NCBI GenBank assembly: GCA_963845245.1
Contig: CAWJRJ010000020.1
Location: 1 to 64,000, forward strand
Direction: 5' to 3'
Length of the DNA: 64,000 bases
DNA from: Nitrospirota bacterium
GTDB lineage: Bacteria; Nitrospirota; JACRHJ01
Both the position numbers and the translations under genes were made by a program. Below, one piece after another: positions 51,951 to 64,000 of this stretch. Under the pieces are notes generated by a model. The model made no database searches. It saw only the letters and a list, made by a program, of their open reading frames with translations, and had not been told where the DNA came from. Within the stretch, counting starts at the first letter, position 1; every line of letters begins with the position of its first letter.

Positions 51951-52583
51951 ATGGAGGATAACGTGCTGGACACTGTAAAGAAGAAATCAATATTCAGGGA
52001 GTATCTTGAGGCCATAATAATAGCCGGGATCCTGGCGTTATTCATCCGGACATTTGTAGTCCAGGCGTTCAAGATACCTTCGGGCTCCATGGAAGATACC
52101 CTCCTGATAGGCGACCACATCCTTGTAAATAAATTCCTTTATGGCACCGGCATACCTTTCACCGACAAAAAGGTGCTTCCTCTACGCGAGCCGAAGCGGG
52201 GTGACATTATCGTATTCAAATACCCTGGCGACGAGACAAAGGATTTTATAAAAAGGGTGATAGGCACCCCGGGTGACGTCCTTCAGATAATAAACAAAAA
52301 GGTCTTTATTAACGGCAAACCGCTCGATGAGCCGTATACCGTTTACAAGGACGACGAAGTGCTCCCCAAGGCCCTCCAGGCCAGGGACAACTTCGGGCCG
52401 ATAAAAGTCCCGCCAGGAAAATATTTCATGATGGGTGACAACAGGGACAAGAGCCACGACAGCCGGTTCTGGGGTTTTGTTAATGAGAACAAGATAATAG
52501 GCAAAGCCATGATCATATATTGGTCGTGGGATTCCGATACAAGCTGGGTAAGGTGGAGACGCATGGGGCAATTGGTGCAATAG
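51951..52583 (+). CDS. lepB: Signal peptidase I (alternative GTG start at 51963)
   Basis: IPSGSM, FIKRVIG, GDNRDKSHDSRFWG. Confidence 0.96.
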   Translation: MEDNVLDTVKKKSIFREYLEAIIIAGILALFIRTFVVQAFKIPSGSMEDTLLIGDHILVNKFLYGTGIPFTDKKVLPLREPKRGDIIVFKYPGDETKDFIKRVIGTPGDVLQIINKKVFINGKPLDEPYTVYKDDEVLPKALQARDNFGPIKVPPGKYFMMGDNRDKSHDSRFWGFVNENKIIGKAMIIYWSWDSDTSWVRWRRMGQLVQ

Positions 52584-52611
52584 CAGGCGCTGCAAAAGGA
52601 AGGAAAGTAAA

Positions 52612-52980
52612 ATGCTTTACGGAAACGAGGGCGGATCAAAGATAACAGTATTACTGTACATCATTGTGGCAATTGTCCTGATCTACGCGGGAATAAAAAC
52701 CATCCCCCCCTACCTGCATTATTACGCTATGGACGATGAAGTTGCCCAGCAGCTCCAGACTTCGTCTATAAATTCGGACGATGTAATAATTGATGGAATC
52801 CTGAAAAAGGCGCAGGAGCTTGAACTGCCTGTGGCAAAAGAAGATATAAAGCTTGTGCGCAAGGAAGATGGAAGCATAAGTGTGGACATTCAATGGGTTG
52901 AAGTTGCCGATTACGGTTACGGCTTCAAAAGGGAGTTCCCTTTTGTGCTTTCAACAAACACGAAAAAAATCAAGGAATAG
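52612..52980 (+). CDS. DUF4845-like membrane-anchored protein
   Basis: Pilin-like N-terminal TM, K.IP.Y; position after lepB is typical of this family. Confidence 0.6.
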   Translation: MLYGNEGGSKITVLLYIIVAIVLIYAGIKTIPPYLHYYAMDDEVAQQLQTSSINSDDVIIDGILKKAQELELPVAKEDIKLVRKEDGSISVDIQWVEVADYGYGFKREFPFVLSTNTKKIKE

Positions 52981-52991
52981 CCTAAAGGTCC

Positions 52992-53020
52992 TTGACAAAA
53001 GATACAAAAAGATATAGTCT
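52992..53020 (+). promoter_or_regulatory. pyr operon promoter
   Basis: TTGACA-17-TAGTCT. Confidence 0.6.
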
Positions 53021-53029
53021 ACTGCTCAT

Positions 53030-53062
53030 CTCTTTAACGTAGTCCTGAGAGGCTAAGAAGGG
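53030..53062 (+). ncRNA. PyrR-binding RNA element (attenuator)
   Basis: CTTTAA..AGTCCTGAGAGGCT..AAGG matches ARUCCNGNGAGGYU. Confidence 0.9.
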
Positions 53063-53103
53063 AACCGTGTGGTTACTTATTATACTGAAAAAAGCCAAAC
53101 GAT

Positions 53104-53136
53104 AGCCTCTCTGCATGCTCAGAGGGCTTTTTTTTT
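53104..53136 (+). terminator. Attenuator terminator before pyrR
   Basis: agcctctctg-catgct-cagagggct followed by a T-run. Confidence 0.88.
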
Positions 53137-53156
53137 GCCTTGAAACGGAGGTATGA

Positions 53157-53708
<552 letters not shown>

Positions 53709-53712
53709 CATT

Positions 53713-54636
53713 ATGCCACTAAAAACCAAGGACCTTCTGGGGATCGACGAGCTGGACAGGGATGAGATAGAACATATAATAACGACTGCCGAGTCCTTTA
53801 AAGAGGTTTCCACCCGCGATATCAAAAAGGTGCCAACGCTGCGGGGCCGTACCATAATAAACCTCTTTTTCGAGCCCAGCACCAGGACAAGGACATCTTT
53901 TGAGCTTGCGGGCAAGAGGCTTTCTGCGGATGTCCTGAACATATCGGCATCTACGAGCAGCGTTGTAAAGGGCGAGACCCTGCTCGATACCGCCAAAAAC
54001 ATTGAGGCAATGAGCTCGGACATCATAATCATCAGGCATTCCATGGCCGGCGCGCCTCATATCCTGGCCAAGGCGTTGAAAAGCTCGGTAATCAATGCGG
54101 GCGACGGTTCTCACGAGCATCCTACGCAGGCCCTGCTTGACCTCCTTACCATGAAGGAGCGGATGGGCACGGTCGAAGGCAAAAAGGTTGCCATAGTCGG
54201 CGACATCGCCCATAGCCGGGTCGCGCGCTCCAACATCCTCTGCCTGAAAAAAATGGGGGCCGAAGTACGGGTCTGCGGGCCTGCCACACTCATACCAAAG
54301 GGCATCGCGGACATGGGTGTCAAGGTCTACTACCGGCCCGAAGAGGCTTTGGAAGGTGTGGACGTCATAATGATGCTCCGTATCCAGATGGAGAGGCAGA
54401 CCAGGGGGCTCTTTCCCGGGGTGCGGGAGTATTCGCGCCTGTTCGGGCTCAATGCGCAAAGGGTCGGTCTGGCAAAAAAAGACGTGCTTATAATGCACCC
54501 GGGCCCGATAAACCGGGGCGTGGAAATATCCCCGGAGGTTGCGGACGGGCCGTATTCGGTTATACTCGACCAGGTCACAAACGGCGTCGCGGTGAGGATG
54601 GCGGTCATTTACCTCCTTACGGAAGGGAGGGCGTGA
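53713..54636 (+). CDS. pyrB: Aspartate carbamoyltransferase
   Basis: [29 protein letters not shown]. Confidence 0.97.
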   Translation: MPLKTKDLLGIDELDRDEIEHIITTAESFKEVSTRDIKKVPTLRGRTIINLFFEPSTRTRTSFELAGKRLSADVLNISASTSSVVKGETLLDTAKNIEAMSSDIIIIRHSMAGAPHILAKALKSSVINAGDGSHEHPTQALLDLLTMKERMGTVEGKKVAIVGDIAHSRVARSNILCLKKMGAEVRVCGPATLIPKGIADMGVKVYYRPEEALEGVDVIMMLRIQMERQTRGLFPGVREYSRLFGLNAQRVGLAKKDVLIMHPGPINRGVEISPEVADGPYSVILDQVTNGVAVRMAVIYLLTEGRA

Positions 54637-55919
54637 TGGGATTATTAATAAAAGGCGGCAGGGTGATAGACCCGGCCCAGGGCTTCGACGGCCCACTCGA
54701 TATACTGGTTGAAGACGGTTTTATTAAAGAGACCGGCCCTTCAGGCAAGCTGAAAGCGCCTAAAGGCGTCGATGTTATCGATGCGTCCGGCAAGATGGTG
54801 GTGCCGGGGCTTATCGACATGCACTGCCATCTGCGTGAGCCGGGTTTCGAGTATAAAGAGGATATAGACTCCGGTACCGCTGCCGCCGCTGCCGGCGGGT
54901 TCACTACCGTCTGCTGCATGCCGAACACCAACCCGGTGAACGACAACCGGGCCGTGACGGAGTATATCATCAACAGGTCCAGGGAAACCGGCAAATGCGA
55001 TGTGCTGCCTATCGGGGCCATAACCAAAGGTTCCATGGGCGTGGAGCTTTCCGAGATGGGGGACCTTGCGGGTGCGGGTTGCATAGGTTTCTCTGACGAC
55101 GGTAAGCCTGTCGCAACAGCGGAGATGATGAGGCGTGCGCTTGAATACTCCAAATCGCTTGGGCTTCCGGTCATATCGCACTGCGAGGAGCATTCCCTGT
55201 CCGAAGGCGGGGTTATGAACGAAGGGGCCGTTGCCACAAGGCTTGGCCTGAGGGGGATCCCTTCCGCTGCCGAGGACGTTATGGTGGCCAGGGATATTGA
55301 ACTACTCAGGCTTGCAGGCGGCAGGCTCCATATATGCCATGTCAGCACCAAGGGTTCCGTCGACCTTGTCCGCAGGGCAAAAAAGGAAGGGCTGGCCATT
55401 ACTGCCGAGACCTGTCCGCATTATTTTACCTTGACCGATAAAGAAGTTATGTCCTATAATACCAATTTTAAGGTCAACCCGCCCTTGAGGGCCGAAGAGG
55501 ACCGTGAGGCCATCATTGCGGGACTGGCTGATGGCACGTTGGATGTCATAGCGACCGACCATGCCCCTCATGCGGCATCCGAAAAAGAAGTCGAATTCGA
55601 CCTGGCGCCCTTCGGGATATCGGGCTTTGAGACGGCCCTTGCTCTCTCCCTGCATCTTGTCGACAGCGGGCGTCTTTCATTGAAAGATCTAATTTCAAAG
55701 TTTACCGTAAACCCCGCACTTGCGCTGGGGATAAACGTCCCGTCTTTAAAAACAGGGGGCCGCGCGGATATATCCATCATCGACCCCGGCCTGGAAAAAG
55801 AAGTGCGTCCTGAAAAGTTGATAAGCAAGGGGAAGAATACCGCTTACGCTGGAATGGTCCTTAAGGGCTGGCCTGTAATCACGATATTTAATGGAAAGGT
55901 TTCATGGCGGATGGAATAA
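54633..55919 (+). CDS. pyrC: Dihydroorotase
   Basis: [28 protein letters not shown]. Confidence 0.96.
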   Translation: MMGLLIKGGRVIDPAQGFDGPLDILVEDGFIKETGPSGKLKAPKGVDVIDASGKMVVPGLIDMHCHLREPGFEYKEDIDSGTAAAAAGGFTTVCCMPNTNPVNDNRAVTEYIINRSRETGKCDVLPIGAITKGSMGVELSEMGDLAGAGCIGFSDDGKPVATAEMMRRALEYSKSLGLPVISHCEEHSLSEGGVMNEGAVATRLGLRGIPSAAEDVMVARDIELLRLAGGRLHICHVSTKGSVDLVRRAKKEGLAITAETCPHYFTLTDKEVMSYNTNFKVNPPLRAEEDREAIIAGLADGTLDVIATDHAPHAASEKEVEFDLAPFGISGFETALALSLHLVDSGRLSLKDLISKFTVNPALALGINVPSLKTGGRADISIIDPGLEKEVRPEKLISKGKNTAYAGMVLKGWPVITIFNGKVSWRME

Positions 55920-56830
55920 CTATCATTAAGAAATTTCCGAGCAAGGGCAGGGGGCTAATTGCCCCGCTTTTTGTGTCCGGGCTACTGCTTTTATTTGCGG
56001 TAGTTGATTGTTTTGGCGCCGAACCAGCCCACTTGGCAAACCAGGACGCCAGTCAGCTCAGGAAGCTGACCGCGCCCTTCACTTTTGTAGTTTTCGGCGA
56101 CAACAGGACCGGAAACGAAGTCTATGGTGGGCTTGCTAAAAGGATTGTCGAAGAAAAACCAGCCTTCGTAATAAATGTGGGCGACGTGACTGCCGACGAG
56201 GGTGATGTGAAGTTGTGGAACGAATTCGTCAGGCTTTCAGCCCCGATAACAGTCCCGTACTTCATAGTGCCCGGTAACCATGAGATAAACGATAAGGGGT
56301 CGGAAGCAGAGTTCAAACAGTTTGTCCAGCAGCCCGGAAATGAGCTGTATTATTCCTTCAAGGTTGGCGGTGCGCTTTGTATAATACTTGATACGGAGCA
56401 GCCGGGGTTTGTATCCAGGATCGCCGGAGACCAGCAGGTATGGCTAAAAGGGGTGCTTGCCGGTTCGAAGGAGAAGTATAAGTTCGTTTTCCTGCACAGG
56501 CCTATGTACCCGTATAAGGGAGTGGGACATCACTATGGAGATTCTCTCAATAAATTTGAGGCAGACAGGGATAGACTTCAGTCCCTTTTTGTAAAGTACA
56601 AAGTGGACGCCGTGTTTGCCGGGCATGAGCACTTTTATAAAAGAGGCGAGAAGGACGGCATTGTTGAAGTCATAACTGGCGGCGGCGGCTCGCCGTTGTA
56701 CACCCATGAGAGCGAAGGCGGATTTTATCATTATATCAGGGCGGACATCAGTAAAAACTCAGCGGTTTTCAAGGTAATAGACGATAAGGGAATGGTTAGA
56801 GACACCTTTAAGATATCGAAGGGCGACTGA
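55904..56830 (+). CDS. Exported calcineurin-like metallophosphoesterase
   Basis: FGDNR, VGDV, PGNHE, FLHRP, AGHEH; N-terminal hydrophobic signal. Confidence 0.88.
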   Translation: MADGITIIKKFPSKGRGLIAPLFVSGLLLLFAVVDCFGAEPAHLANQDASQLRKLTAPFTFVVFGDNRTGNEVYGGLAKRIVEEKPAFVINVGDVTADEGDVKLWNEFVRLSAPITVPYFIVPGNHEINDKGSEAEFKQFVQQPGNELYYSFKVGGALCIILDTEQPGFVSRIAGDQQVWLKGVLAGSKEKYKFVFLHRPMYPYKGVGHHYGDSLNKFEADRDRLQSLFVKYKVDAVFAGHEHFYKRGEKDGIVEVITGGGGSPLYTHESEGGFYHYIRADISKNSAVFKVIDDKGMVRDTFKISKGD

Positions 56831-56833
56831 TTT

Positions 56834-57970
56834 ATGAAAAAGGCAATACTAGCGCTTGCAGACGGGACATTCTATGAAGGCATATCATTCGGTGCCGAGG
56901 GCGAGGGCGGTGGCGAGGTGGTCTTCAACACCTCCATGACCGGGTATCAGGAGATACTGACAGACCCTTCTTATAAGGGGCAGATGGTCACGATGACATA
57001 CCCGCTGATCGGCAACTACGGCGTAAACGCCGAGGACGTGGAGTCCGGCAGGCCGTGGGCGGACGGCTTTATCGTAAAGGAATGCAGCGACTACCCCAGC
57101 AACTGGCGCAGCCGCGGCAGCCTCGACTCCTACCTCAAGAGCTTTAACATTGTAGGCATACAAAGCATCGACACCCGTGCCCTTACAAAACATCTACGCG
57201 ACAAGGGCGCTCAGCAGGGGATAATCTCAACGGTGAACATTGACCCTAAAGACCTCTGCGCGAAGGCTGCCGCAAGACCTGTTATGGTGGGGCAAGACCT
57301 GGCGAAAGAGGTCACCTGCAAGGAGCCGTACAATGCCAGGCAGACTGTCTGGACGTTGGATAAAGGCTACGGCGAGCTGGATCATCCAACGATGAAGGTG
57401 GTCGCCATGGACTTCGGGATCAAGCGCAATATGCTGAGGATACTTGCATCGCTTGGCTGCGACGTCACGGTCGTGCCCGCCACCACCACCTGGCAGGAGG
57501 TCATGGCCTATAACCCGGACGGCGTGCTGCTAAGCAACGGCCCCGGCGACCCTGAACCGGTGACTTATGCCATCGAGACCATAAAGAACCTTATCGGCAA
57601 GGTGCCCATCTTCGGGATATGCCTCGGTCACCAGCTGCTTGGCATCGCCCTGGGCGGCAAGACGTATAAACTGAAATTCGGACACCACGGGGCAAACCAG
57701 CCGGTGATGGACCTGTCCACCCGCAAGGTGGAGATAACATCGCAGAACCACGGCTTCGCGGTGGACATGGATACCGTGCCGCCCGAGGTGGAGCTTACGC
57801 ATATAAACCTGAACGACAAGACGGTGGAGGGCATGCGCCACAGGGACCTGCCCATCTTCAGCGTGCAGTACCACCCGGAGTCAAGCCCCGGCCCGCACGA
57901 CTCCTCGTACCTGTTCGACAGGTTTATGGCGATGATGGAGATAGAGAAGCTGAAGGTCACAAATTCGTAG
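56834..57970 (+). CDS. carA: Carbamoyl-phosphate synthase small chain
   Basis: [29 protein letters not shown]. Confidence 0.97.
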   Translation: MKKAILALADGTFYEGISFGAEGEGGGEVVFNTSMTGYQEILTDPSYKGQMVTMTYPLIGNYGVNAEDVESGRPWADGFIVKECSDYPSNWRSRGSLDSYLKSFNIVGIQSIDTRALTKHLRDKGAQQGIISTVNIDPKDLCAKAAARPVMVGQDLAKEVTCKEPYNARQTVWTLDKGYGELDHPTMKVVAMDFGIKRNMLRILASLGCDVTVVPATTTWQEVMAYNPDGVLLSNGPGDPEPVTYAIETIKNLIGKVPIFGICLGHQLLGIALGGKTYKLKFGHHGANQPVMDLSTRKVEITSQNHGFAVDMDTVPPEVELTHINLNDKTVEGMRHRDLPIFSVQYHPESSPGPHDSSYLFDRFMAMMEIEKLKVTNS

Positions 57971-57994
57971 GGGCCGTACCCTCGTGTCGGCCCT
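57967..57994 (+). repeat. GTAG-family REP
   Basis: gtaggggccgtaccctcgtgtcggccct, overlapping the carA stop. Confidence 0.75.
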
Positions 57995-58013
57995 AAATAG
58001 GTTTTGAAGTGCA

Positions 58014-58931
58014 ATGCATTCAGGTTATTTGAAAATCCCGAAAGAAGAGCTGGTCCGCCGCGCAGATAAGGCGCGGGAGATGCTTAAGTCATGCAGTATC
58101 TGCCCCAACGACTGCGGGGTGAACAGGCTCGAAGGTGAAGTCGGCCTCTGCCATGCCGGGGCGAACGTGAAGGTGGCGTCCTGGAACCTGCACCAGGGCG
58201 AGGAGCCGCCGATAACCGGCACGCGGGGCTCCGGTACGATATTCTTCAGCTTCTGCACGCTCAAGTGCGTCTACTGCCAGAACTGGCCCATAAGCCAGAA
58301 GGGCAACGGCAAGGAGACGGACGCGGCAGGGCTGGCCGAGATGATGCTGGAGCTGAAGGGCAGGGGGGCGCACAATATAAACTTCGTCACCCCGACGCAT
58401 TACATGCCCCAGATACTTGAGGCGCTGGTAATCGCGGTCGACAAAGGTTTCGACCTGCCCATAGTGTACAACACGAGCGGGTACGAGGTCGTCCCGGCGC
58501 TCAGGCTGCTTGACGGGATAGTGGACATATACCTGCCGGACATGCGGTACGCATGCGACCTGCAGGCGAAGAAGTACTCTAAGGCGAAGATGTACTCGAT
58601 GTACAACCGCGCCGCGATAAAGGAGATGTTCAGGCAGGTCGGGAACCTGGTTGTGGACGATGACGGCATCGCCGTCAAGGGGCTTATCATCAGGCACCTC
58701 GTGCTGCCGGGCGGCGTATCCGGGACTGAGGAGATAATGAAGTTCCTCTCGTCCGAGGTATCGAAGGAAGTGCATATAAGCCTTATGGCGCAGTACTTCC
58801 CGACCTACAAGTCGAATACGTTCCCGGAGTTGGACAGGAAGATTACCGCCGATGAGTACGAAGCGGCGGTCAATATACTGGAGAAGTACGGTCTTGAGGA
58901 AGGCTGGATACAGGAGTTCGAATATTCATAA
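58014..58931 (+). CDS. Radical SAM protein, PflX-like
   Basis: CSICPNDC, HQGEEPPI, CTLKCVYCQN, HNINFVTPTH, RHLVLPG. Confidence 0.88.
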   Translation: MHSGYLKIPKEELVRRADKAREMLKSCSICPNDCGVNRLEGEVGLCHAGANVKVASWNLHQGEEPPITGTRGSGTIFFSFCTLKCVYCQNWPISQKGNGKETDAAGLAEMMLELKGRGAHNINFVTPTHYMPQILEALVIAVDKGFDLPIVYNTSGYEVVPALRLLDGIVDIYLPDMRYACDLQAKKYSKAKMYSMYNRAAIKEMFRQVGNLVVDDDGIAVKGLIIRHLVLPGGVSGTEEIMKFLSSEVSKEVHISLMAQYFPTYKSNTFPELDRKITADEYEAAVNILEKYGLEEGWIQEFEYS

Positions 58932-58935
58932 TTAT

Positions 58936-58962
58936 GTAGGGGCCGACCCGTGTGTCGGCCCG
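58936..58962 (+). repeat. GTAG-family REP
   Basis: gtaggggccgacccgtgtgtcggcccg, similar to 57967. Confidence 0.8.
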
Positions 58963-58988
58963 AATGTAAAATAAAGCAAGAGGTATGA

Positions 58989-61900
58989 ATGCCAAAGCGT
59001 GATGACATCAAGAAGATTCTTATTATAGGTTCCGGCCCGATCGTCATAGGCCAGGCCTGCGAGTTCGACTACTCCGGCACACAGGCCTGCAAGGCCCTGA
59101 AGGAAGAGGGCTACGAGGTCGTGCTGATAAACTCGAACCCGGCCACCATCATGACCGACCCCGACACGGCCGACCGCACGTACATCGAGCCGATAAGGCC
59201 GGACGTGGTGGAGAAGATAATAGAGCGCGAACGGCCCGATGCCCTGCTGCCGACGATGGGCGGCCAGACTGCGCTGAATACCGCCGTCTCGCTCGCCGAG
59301 ATGGGCGTGCTGGCAAAGTTCGGCGTGGAGCTGATCGGCGCAAAGCTGCATGCGATAAAGAAGGCCGAGGACCGCGACGAGTTCAAGGAGGCGATGAGGC
59401 GTATCGGCCTCGACGTGCCGACATCCGGCTATGCCCACTCGAAGGCCGAGGCGATGAGCTTTGTGAATACCGTCGGCTTTCCGGCAATAATAAGGCCGTC
59501 GTTCACGATGGGCGGCACCGGCGGAAGCGTCGCATACAATATCGAGGAATACGAGCAGCAGATCGACTGGGGACTTCAGGCAAGCCCTAGCCATGAGCTG
59601 CTGGTGGAAGAGTCCCTGATCGGCTGGAAGGAATACGAGCTTGAGGTGATGCGCGACACAAAGGACAACGTCGTCATCGTCTGCTCCATTGAGAACTTCG
59701 ACCCGATGGGCGTACATACCGGAGACAGCATAACGGTAGCCCCGGCCCAGACCCTCACCGACAAGGAATACCAGTTGATGAGGGACGCCAGCGTGCGGAT
59801 CATCCGCGAGATAGGCGTCGATACCGGCGGCTCCAACATCCAGTTCGGGGTAAACCCTGAAAACGGCAAGATGGTCGTAATAGAGATGAACCCGCGCGTA
59901 TCGAGAAGCTCCGCGCTGGCATCAAAGGCGACCGGGTTCCCCATCGCCAAGATCGCCGCAAAACTGGCGGTCGGCTATACGCTGGACGAGATAACCAACG
60001 ACATAACCCGCGTTACCCCGGCATCCTTCGAGCCGACGATAGACTATGTGGTAACGAAGTTCCCGCGCTTCGCGTTTGAGAAATTCCCGCAGGCGGACCA
60101 GACCCTTACCACCCAGATGAAGTCGGTCGGCGAGGCGATGGCGATAGGCCGCACCTTCAAGGAGTCGCTCCAGAAGTCGCTACGCTCCCTTGAGATCGGC
60201 TCCTACGGGCTTGAGCGCAGGGACGAGGACCTTGCTACGATAAAGAACCTGATAAAGACGCCGACCGTGGAAAGGGTATGGCTGCTTGCCGAGGGTTTCA
60301 GGAAAGGGCTGACCATCCAGGAGGCCTACGAGGAGACGAAGATAGACCCGTGGTTCCTGAACAACCTCAAGGAAATAGTCGATTTCGAGGACGTTATCAA
60401 GGATGCCTGGAAGGATCTGGACAAGACAGTAATGAAGCGGACAAAGGAGCTGGGCTTCTCGGACCGCATGATAGCAGGGTTGATCGGCGCCACCGAAGAC
60501 GAGGTGCGGGCCAGGCGCAAGGAGTTTGGCATTAAGGCCGTATTCAAGACGGTCGACACCTGCGGCGCGGAGTTTGTCGCCTATACGCCCTACCTCTATT
60601 CCACCTATGAGCAGGAGTGCGAGGCCGCACCGAGCGACAAGAAAAAGATCGTCATCCTTGGCGGCGGGCCCAACCGTATCGGCCAGGGTATAGAGTTCGA
60701 CTACTGCTGCGTGCATGGCGCCTTCGCACTCAAAGATGACGGGTTCGAGACGATAATGGTCAACTGCAACCCGGAGACGGTCAGCACCGACTACGACACA
60801 TCGGACAAGCTGTACTTCGAGCCGCTGACACTCGAAGACGTGCTTTCAATAGTCGAGAGAGAGAACCCGGACGGGATAATCGTGCAGTTCGGAGGGCAGA
60901 CGCCGCTCAAGCTGGCCGTGCCGCTTGAGAAGGCCGGTGTGAAGATAATAGGCACGTCTCCGGACTCCATCGACCGCGCGGAGAACAGGGAACGCTTCAA
61001 GGAGCTTTTAAACAAGCTTGGCCTCAAGCAGCCGGACAACGGAATAGCGTGGAGCGCGGACGAGGCGGTCGAGGCCGCCGTCAGGATAGGTTTCCCTGTG
61101 ATAGTGAGGCCGTCGTATGTCCTGGGCGGGCGGGCGATGGAGGTCTGCTATGACACAGACAGCCTGAGGCGCTACATGGTACATGCCGTAAAGGTGTCGC
61201 CGGAACATCCGATACTGATAGACAAGTACCTGGAAGATGCAGTCGAAGTGGACGTGGATGCCATATCGGACGGCAAGCTGGTCGTCATAGGCGGTGTAAT
61301 GGAGCATATAGAGGAGGCCGGCGTGCATTCGGGCGACTCTGCATGCTCACTGCCTCCATATTCTCTCGATAAAGATGTCATAGAAGAGATATCCAAGCAG
61401 ACGAAGGCCATGGCCCTGGAGCTTGGTGTAATCGGGCTCATGAACGTACAGTTTGCGGTGAAGGACGGCGAGATATTCATTCTCGAAGTAAACCCGCGCG
61501 CCTCGCGTACCGTGCCGTTCGTAAGCAAGGTTACCGGCGTGCCGCTCGCGAAGCTTGCCGCCAGGATAATGGCAGGCAAGACCCTTGAGGAACTTGGTTT
61601 CACAAAAGAGGTGGAGCTTAAGTATACCGCGGTGAAAGAGGCCGTCTTCCCGTTCGCCAAGTTCCCGGGCGTGGATACCATACTCGGCCCTGAGATGAAG
61701 TCTACGGGCGAGGTTATGGGTATAGACGAGGACTTCGGCAAGGCCTTCGCAAAGGCCCAGTCAGGGGCGGGCTCACACCTGCCGAACAGGGGCAAGGTGC
61801 TTATCAGCGTGAAGGACAAGGACAAGAACGCGCTCCTGGTGTCGATTGCGAAAGACCTGACCTCGATGGGCTTCAAGATAGAGGCTACAAAGGGTACCGC

Positions 61901-62192
61901 CGCATTCCTTAAAGGAAAAGATATCGCCGTAGAGGTTGTAAAGAAGGTCAAGGAAGGAAGGCCCCACATAGTGGACCACCTCAAGAACGGCGATATAGAC
62001 ATCGTCATAAACACCGTCTTCGGGTCGGATTCGCAGGCGGATTCTTACAGCATAAGGCGCACCACCCTTAACCAGAACGTGCCGTACTTCACGACACTTT
62101 CCGGCGCCAGGGCCGCCACCAGGGCCATAAGCTCAAACATAAAGAACGAATGCAGTGTCAAGACGATCCAGGAGTACCACGGCAGGGTCTAA
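58989..62192 (+). CDS. carB: Carbamoyl-phosphate synthase large chain
   Basis: [35 protein letters not shown] domain. Confidence 0.98.
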   Translation: MPKRDDIKKILIIGSGPIVIGQACEFDYSGTQACKALKEEGYEVVLINSNPATIMTDPDTADRTYIEPIRPDVVEKIIERERPDALLPTMGGQTALNTAVSLAEMGVLAKFGVELIGAKLHAIKKAEDRDEFKEAMRRIGLDVPTSGYAHSKAEAMSFVNTVGFPAIIRPSFTMGGTGGSVAYNIEEYEQQIDWGLQASPSHELLVEESLIGWKEYELEVMRDTKDNVVIVCSIENFDPMGVHTGDSITVAPAQTLTDKEYQLMRDASVRIIREIGVDTGGSNIQFGVNPENGKMVVIEMNPRVSRSSALASKATGFPIAKIAAKLAVGYTLDEITNDITRVTPASFEPTIDYVVTKFPRFAFEKFPQADQTLTTQMKSVGEAMAIGRTFKESLQKSLRSLEIGSYGLERRDEDLATIKNLIKTPTVERVWLLAEGFRKGLTIQEAYEETKIDPWFLNNLKEIVDFEDVIKDAWKDLDKTVMKRTKELGFSDRMIAGLIGATEDEVRARRKEFGIKAVFKTVDTCGAEFVAYTPYLYSTYEQECEAAPSDKKKIVILGGGPNRIGQGIEFDYCCVHGAFALKDDGFETIMVNCNPETVSTDYDTSDKLYFEPLTLEDVLSIVERENPDGIIVQFGGQTPLKLAVPLEKAGVKIIGTSPDSIDRAENRERFKELLNKLGLKQPDNGIAWSADEAVEAAVRIGFPVIVRPSYVLGGRAMEVCYDTDSLRRYMVHAVKVSPEHPILIDKYLEDAVEVDVDAISDGKLVVIGGVMEHIEEAGVHSGDSACSLPPYSLDKDVIEEISKQTKAMALELGVIGLMNVQFAVKDGEIFILEVNPRASRTVPFVSKVTGVPLAKLAARIMAGKTLEELGFTKEVELKYTAVKEAVFPFAKFPGVDTILGPEMKSTGEVMGIDEDFGKAFAKAQSGAGSHLPNRGKVLISVKDKDKNALLVSIAKDLTSMGFKIEATKGTAAFLKGKDIAVEVVKKVKEGRPHIVDHLKNGDIDIVINTVFGSDSQADSYSIRRTTLNQNVPYFTTLSGARAATRAISSNIKNECSVKTIQEYHGRV

Positions 62193-62217
62193 TAATTAGT
62201 AGAGGAGCGCGATTGTA

Positions 62218-62700
62218 ATGGCCGAAAAGATACCGATGACGAAAAAGGGCTTTATGAAGCTCCAGGAAGAGCTGGAGCGGCTCAGGAAGGTTGAGCAGGC
62301 CCAAGAACATTAAGGATATTGAAGAGGCCAGGGGCCACGGCGACCTCTCCGAGAATGCGGAGTACCATGCCGCCAAGGAAAGGCAGGGGTTCATCGAGGG
62401 CCGTATGCAGGAGCTTCAGGGTAAGCTCGCCCATTCGCAGGTGATCGACACCAGCAAGCTTCACTAACGAGAAGGTGGTGTTCGGCGCGACCGTCGTGCT
62501 CCTTGACCAGGACTCGGAGGAAGAAAAAAAATATACGCTGGTCGGCACGGACGAGGCGGACCTGAAGGAAGGCAAGATATCCGTGATATCCCCGGTCGGC
62601 AAGGCGCTTGATAGGCCACCGCGTGGGCGATGTCGTGTCGATAAGGGTACCGGCCGGCACGGTGGATTACGAAGTACTGGACATATCTTTCGAGGAATGA
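62218..62700 (+). CDS. greA: Transcription elongation factor GreA; three +1 frameshifts (absent as one ORF in the track)
   Basis: [42 protein letters not shown] across frames. Confidence 0.92.
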
Positions 62701-63507
62701 TGCTTTCTAAGGAAGCGGTAATAACATCCAATATAAATCTTTTCGGCGACTACTACCTGCTTGAGGTGACGGCCAAAGGCATAGGCGCCAAGGCGAGCCC
62801 GGGCCAGTTCTTCATGGTCAAGGTGGGACCGGGTACTGACCCGCTTTTGAGACGGCCCTTCGGCCTTCATAAAATCGTCTCGCCGGATTCAATAAAGATG
62901 CTTTACCGCGCGGCCGGTTATGGGACGAAGCTTTTGACGAAGATGGTCAAAGGCGACGCGCTGAACATACTGGGCCCGCTCGGGAACGGGTTCAAGGTTG
63001 CAAAAGATACCAACCATGCGCTGATCGTCGCGGGCGGCATAGGTGTTGCCCCGATGGTGGCGCTTGCCGAAGAGATAAAGAATAAACAGCCGGATACTCA
63101 TGTTGTCTGCTTTATCGGCGGCAGGGGCAAGGACGACATCCTGGGCGTGAACGAATTCAGGAACCTCGGGCTCAGGGTCTATGTACAGCACCGAAGACGG
63201 GAGCCTCCCGAAGAAGGGCTACGTGACGGACCCGCTTGAGCAGTATATGTCAAAGTTCGAGGCGAAGGGGTTCGGCGGCTGGGCAATATACTCGTGCGGG
63301 CCGACCCCGATGCTCAGGAGCGTCGCGGCGGTGGCCGCTCGACATGGCATAAAGAACTTCGCGTCGCTGGAGGCCAACATGGCCTGCGGGATCGGCGCGT
63401 GCATGGGCTGTGTCGTGTCTGTGCAGGACAGTAAGAACGGCTCGCAGGTTTACAAGAAGGTCTGCGAGGACGGGCCGGTCTTCGATGCAGAGGACGTGGT
63501 ATGGTGA
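62697..63507 (+). CDS. pyrK: Dihydroorotate dehydrogenase electron-transfer subunit; +1 frameshift near 63186
   Basis: PGQF, LRRPF, GPLGNGF, GGIGVAP; CGP, MACGIGACMGC, VCEDGPVF. Confidence 0.93.
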
Positions 63508-64000
63508 AGAAGCAAAAGGCGTTTGTGCCATCTCTCGCAGTTGAAGCTCGGGCCACTGAAGCTCAAGAACCCGGTGATTACCGCGTCCGGCACCTTCGGA
63601 TACGGCGAGGAGTACTCGAAGTACTTCGACCTGAACAAGATAGGCGGCATAACCGTGAAGGGACTGTCGCTTCATCCCAAGCAGGGCAACCCGCCGCCCC
63701 GGATATGCGAGACGCCGTCCGGGATGCTGAACGCCATCGGGCTCCAGAACGTGGGCGTCGAGGAGTTCATAAATAAAAAACTTCCCTTCCTGAGGAAGTA
63801 CGACACTAAAGTAATCGCGAATATATTCGGCAATACAATCGAGGAGTACGAGGCTGTCGCCGCAAGGCTAGACAGGGCCGATGGCGTCCATGCGATCGAG
63901 GTCAATATCTCATGCCCGAACGTTAAAAAGGGCGGCATGGCCTTCGGCACAGACCTGAACTCCACATATGATGTGTTGAAGGCGGTAAGGAACGCGACCG
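63501..64000 (+). CDS. pyrD: Dihydroorotate dehydrogenase B catalytic subunit (3' partial; +1 frameshift near 63545)
   Basis: [37 protein letters not shown]. Confidence 0.93.

Overview
Gene-dense core-chromosome segment of a diderm bacterium, GC-rich at third codon positions. The lineage is inferred as Nitrospirota/Desulfobacterota-like and was not tested. Content in order: CBS-tsaE-nadK-udg-HIT, mutS, ygbA-like, a perhydrolase, nfo, a group 3b [NiFe]-hydrogenase operon, TPR and Fic genes, ligA, tandem REC-GAF regulators, cstA, usp-ytxGH-like, copA, system II cytochrome c maturation, pmbA, queD, an ECF Ni/Co transporter with cooT, a GspE/PilB ATPase, lysS-lolC/E-lolD, hicBA, a coupled hfq-like/hfq-like/lnt/prfB/ogg operon, perR-like, glk, lepA-lepB, and a PyrR-attenuated pyr/car operon. 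About 16 single-base insertions break genes, including essential ones, and look like long-read errors. The prfB frameshift is the genuine programmed one. Top candidate for a new system: two coupled genes encoding three divergent Hfq/Sm domains (a tandem-domain protein and a tailed single-domain protein), apparently on a leaderless mRNA, which could form a heteromeric Hfq ring. Second candidate: a lone Fic gene flanked by a 58-bp duplication of a host gene's 3' end whose four differences are all synonymous. No rRNA, tRNA, CRISPR array, transposase or integrase was seen. All annotation is by eye from motifs.
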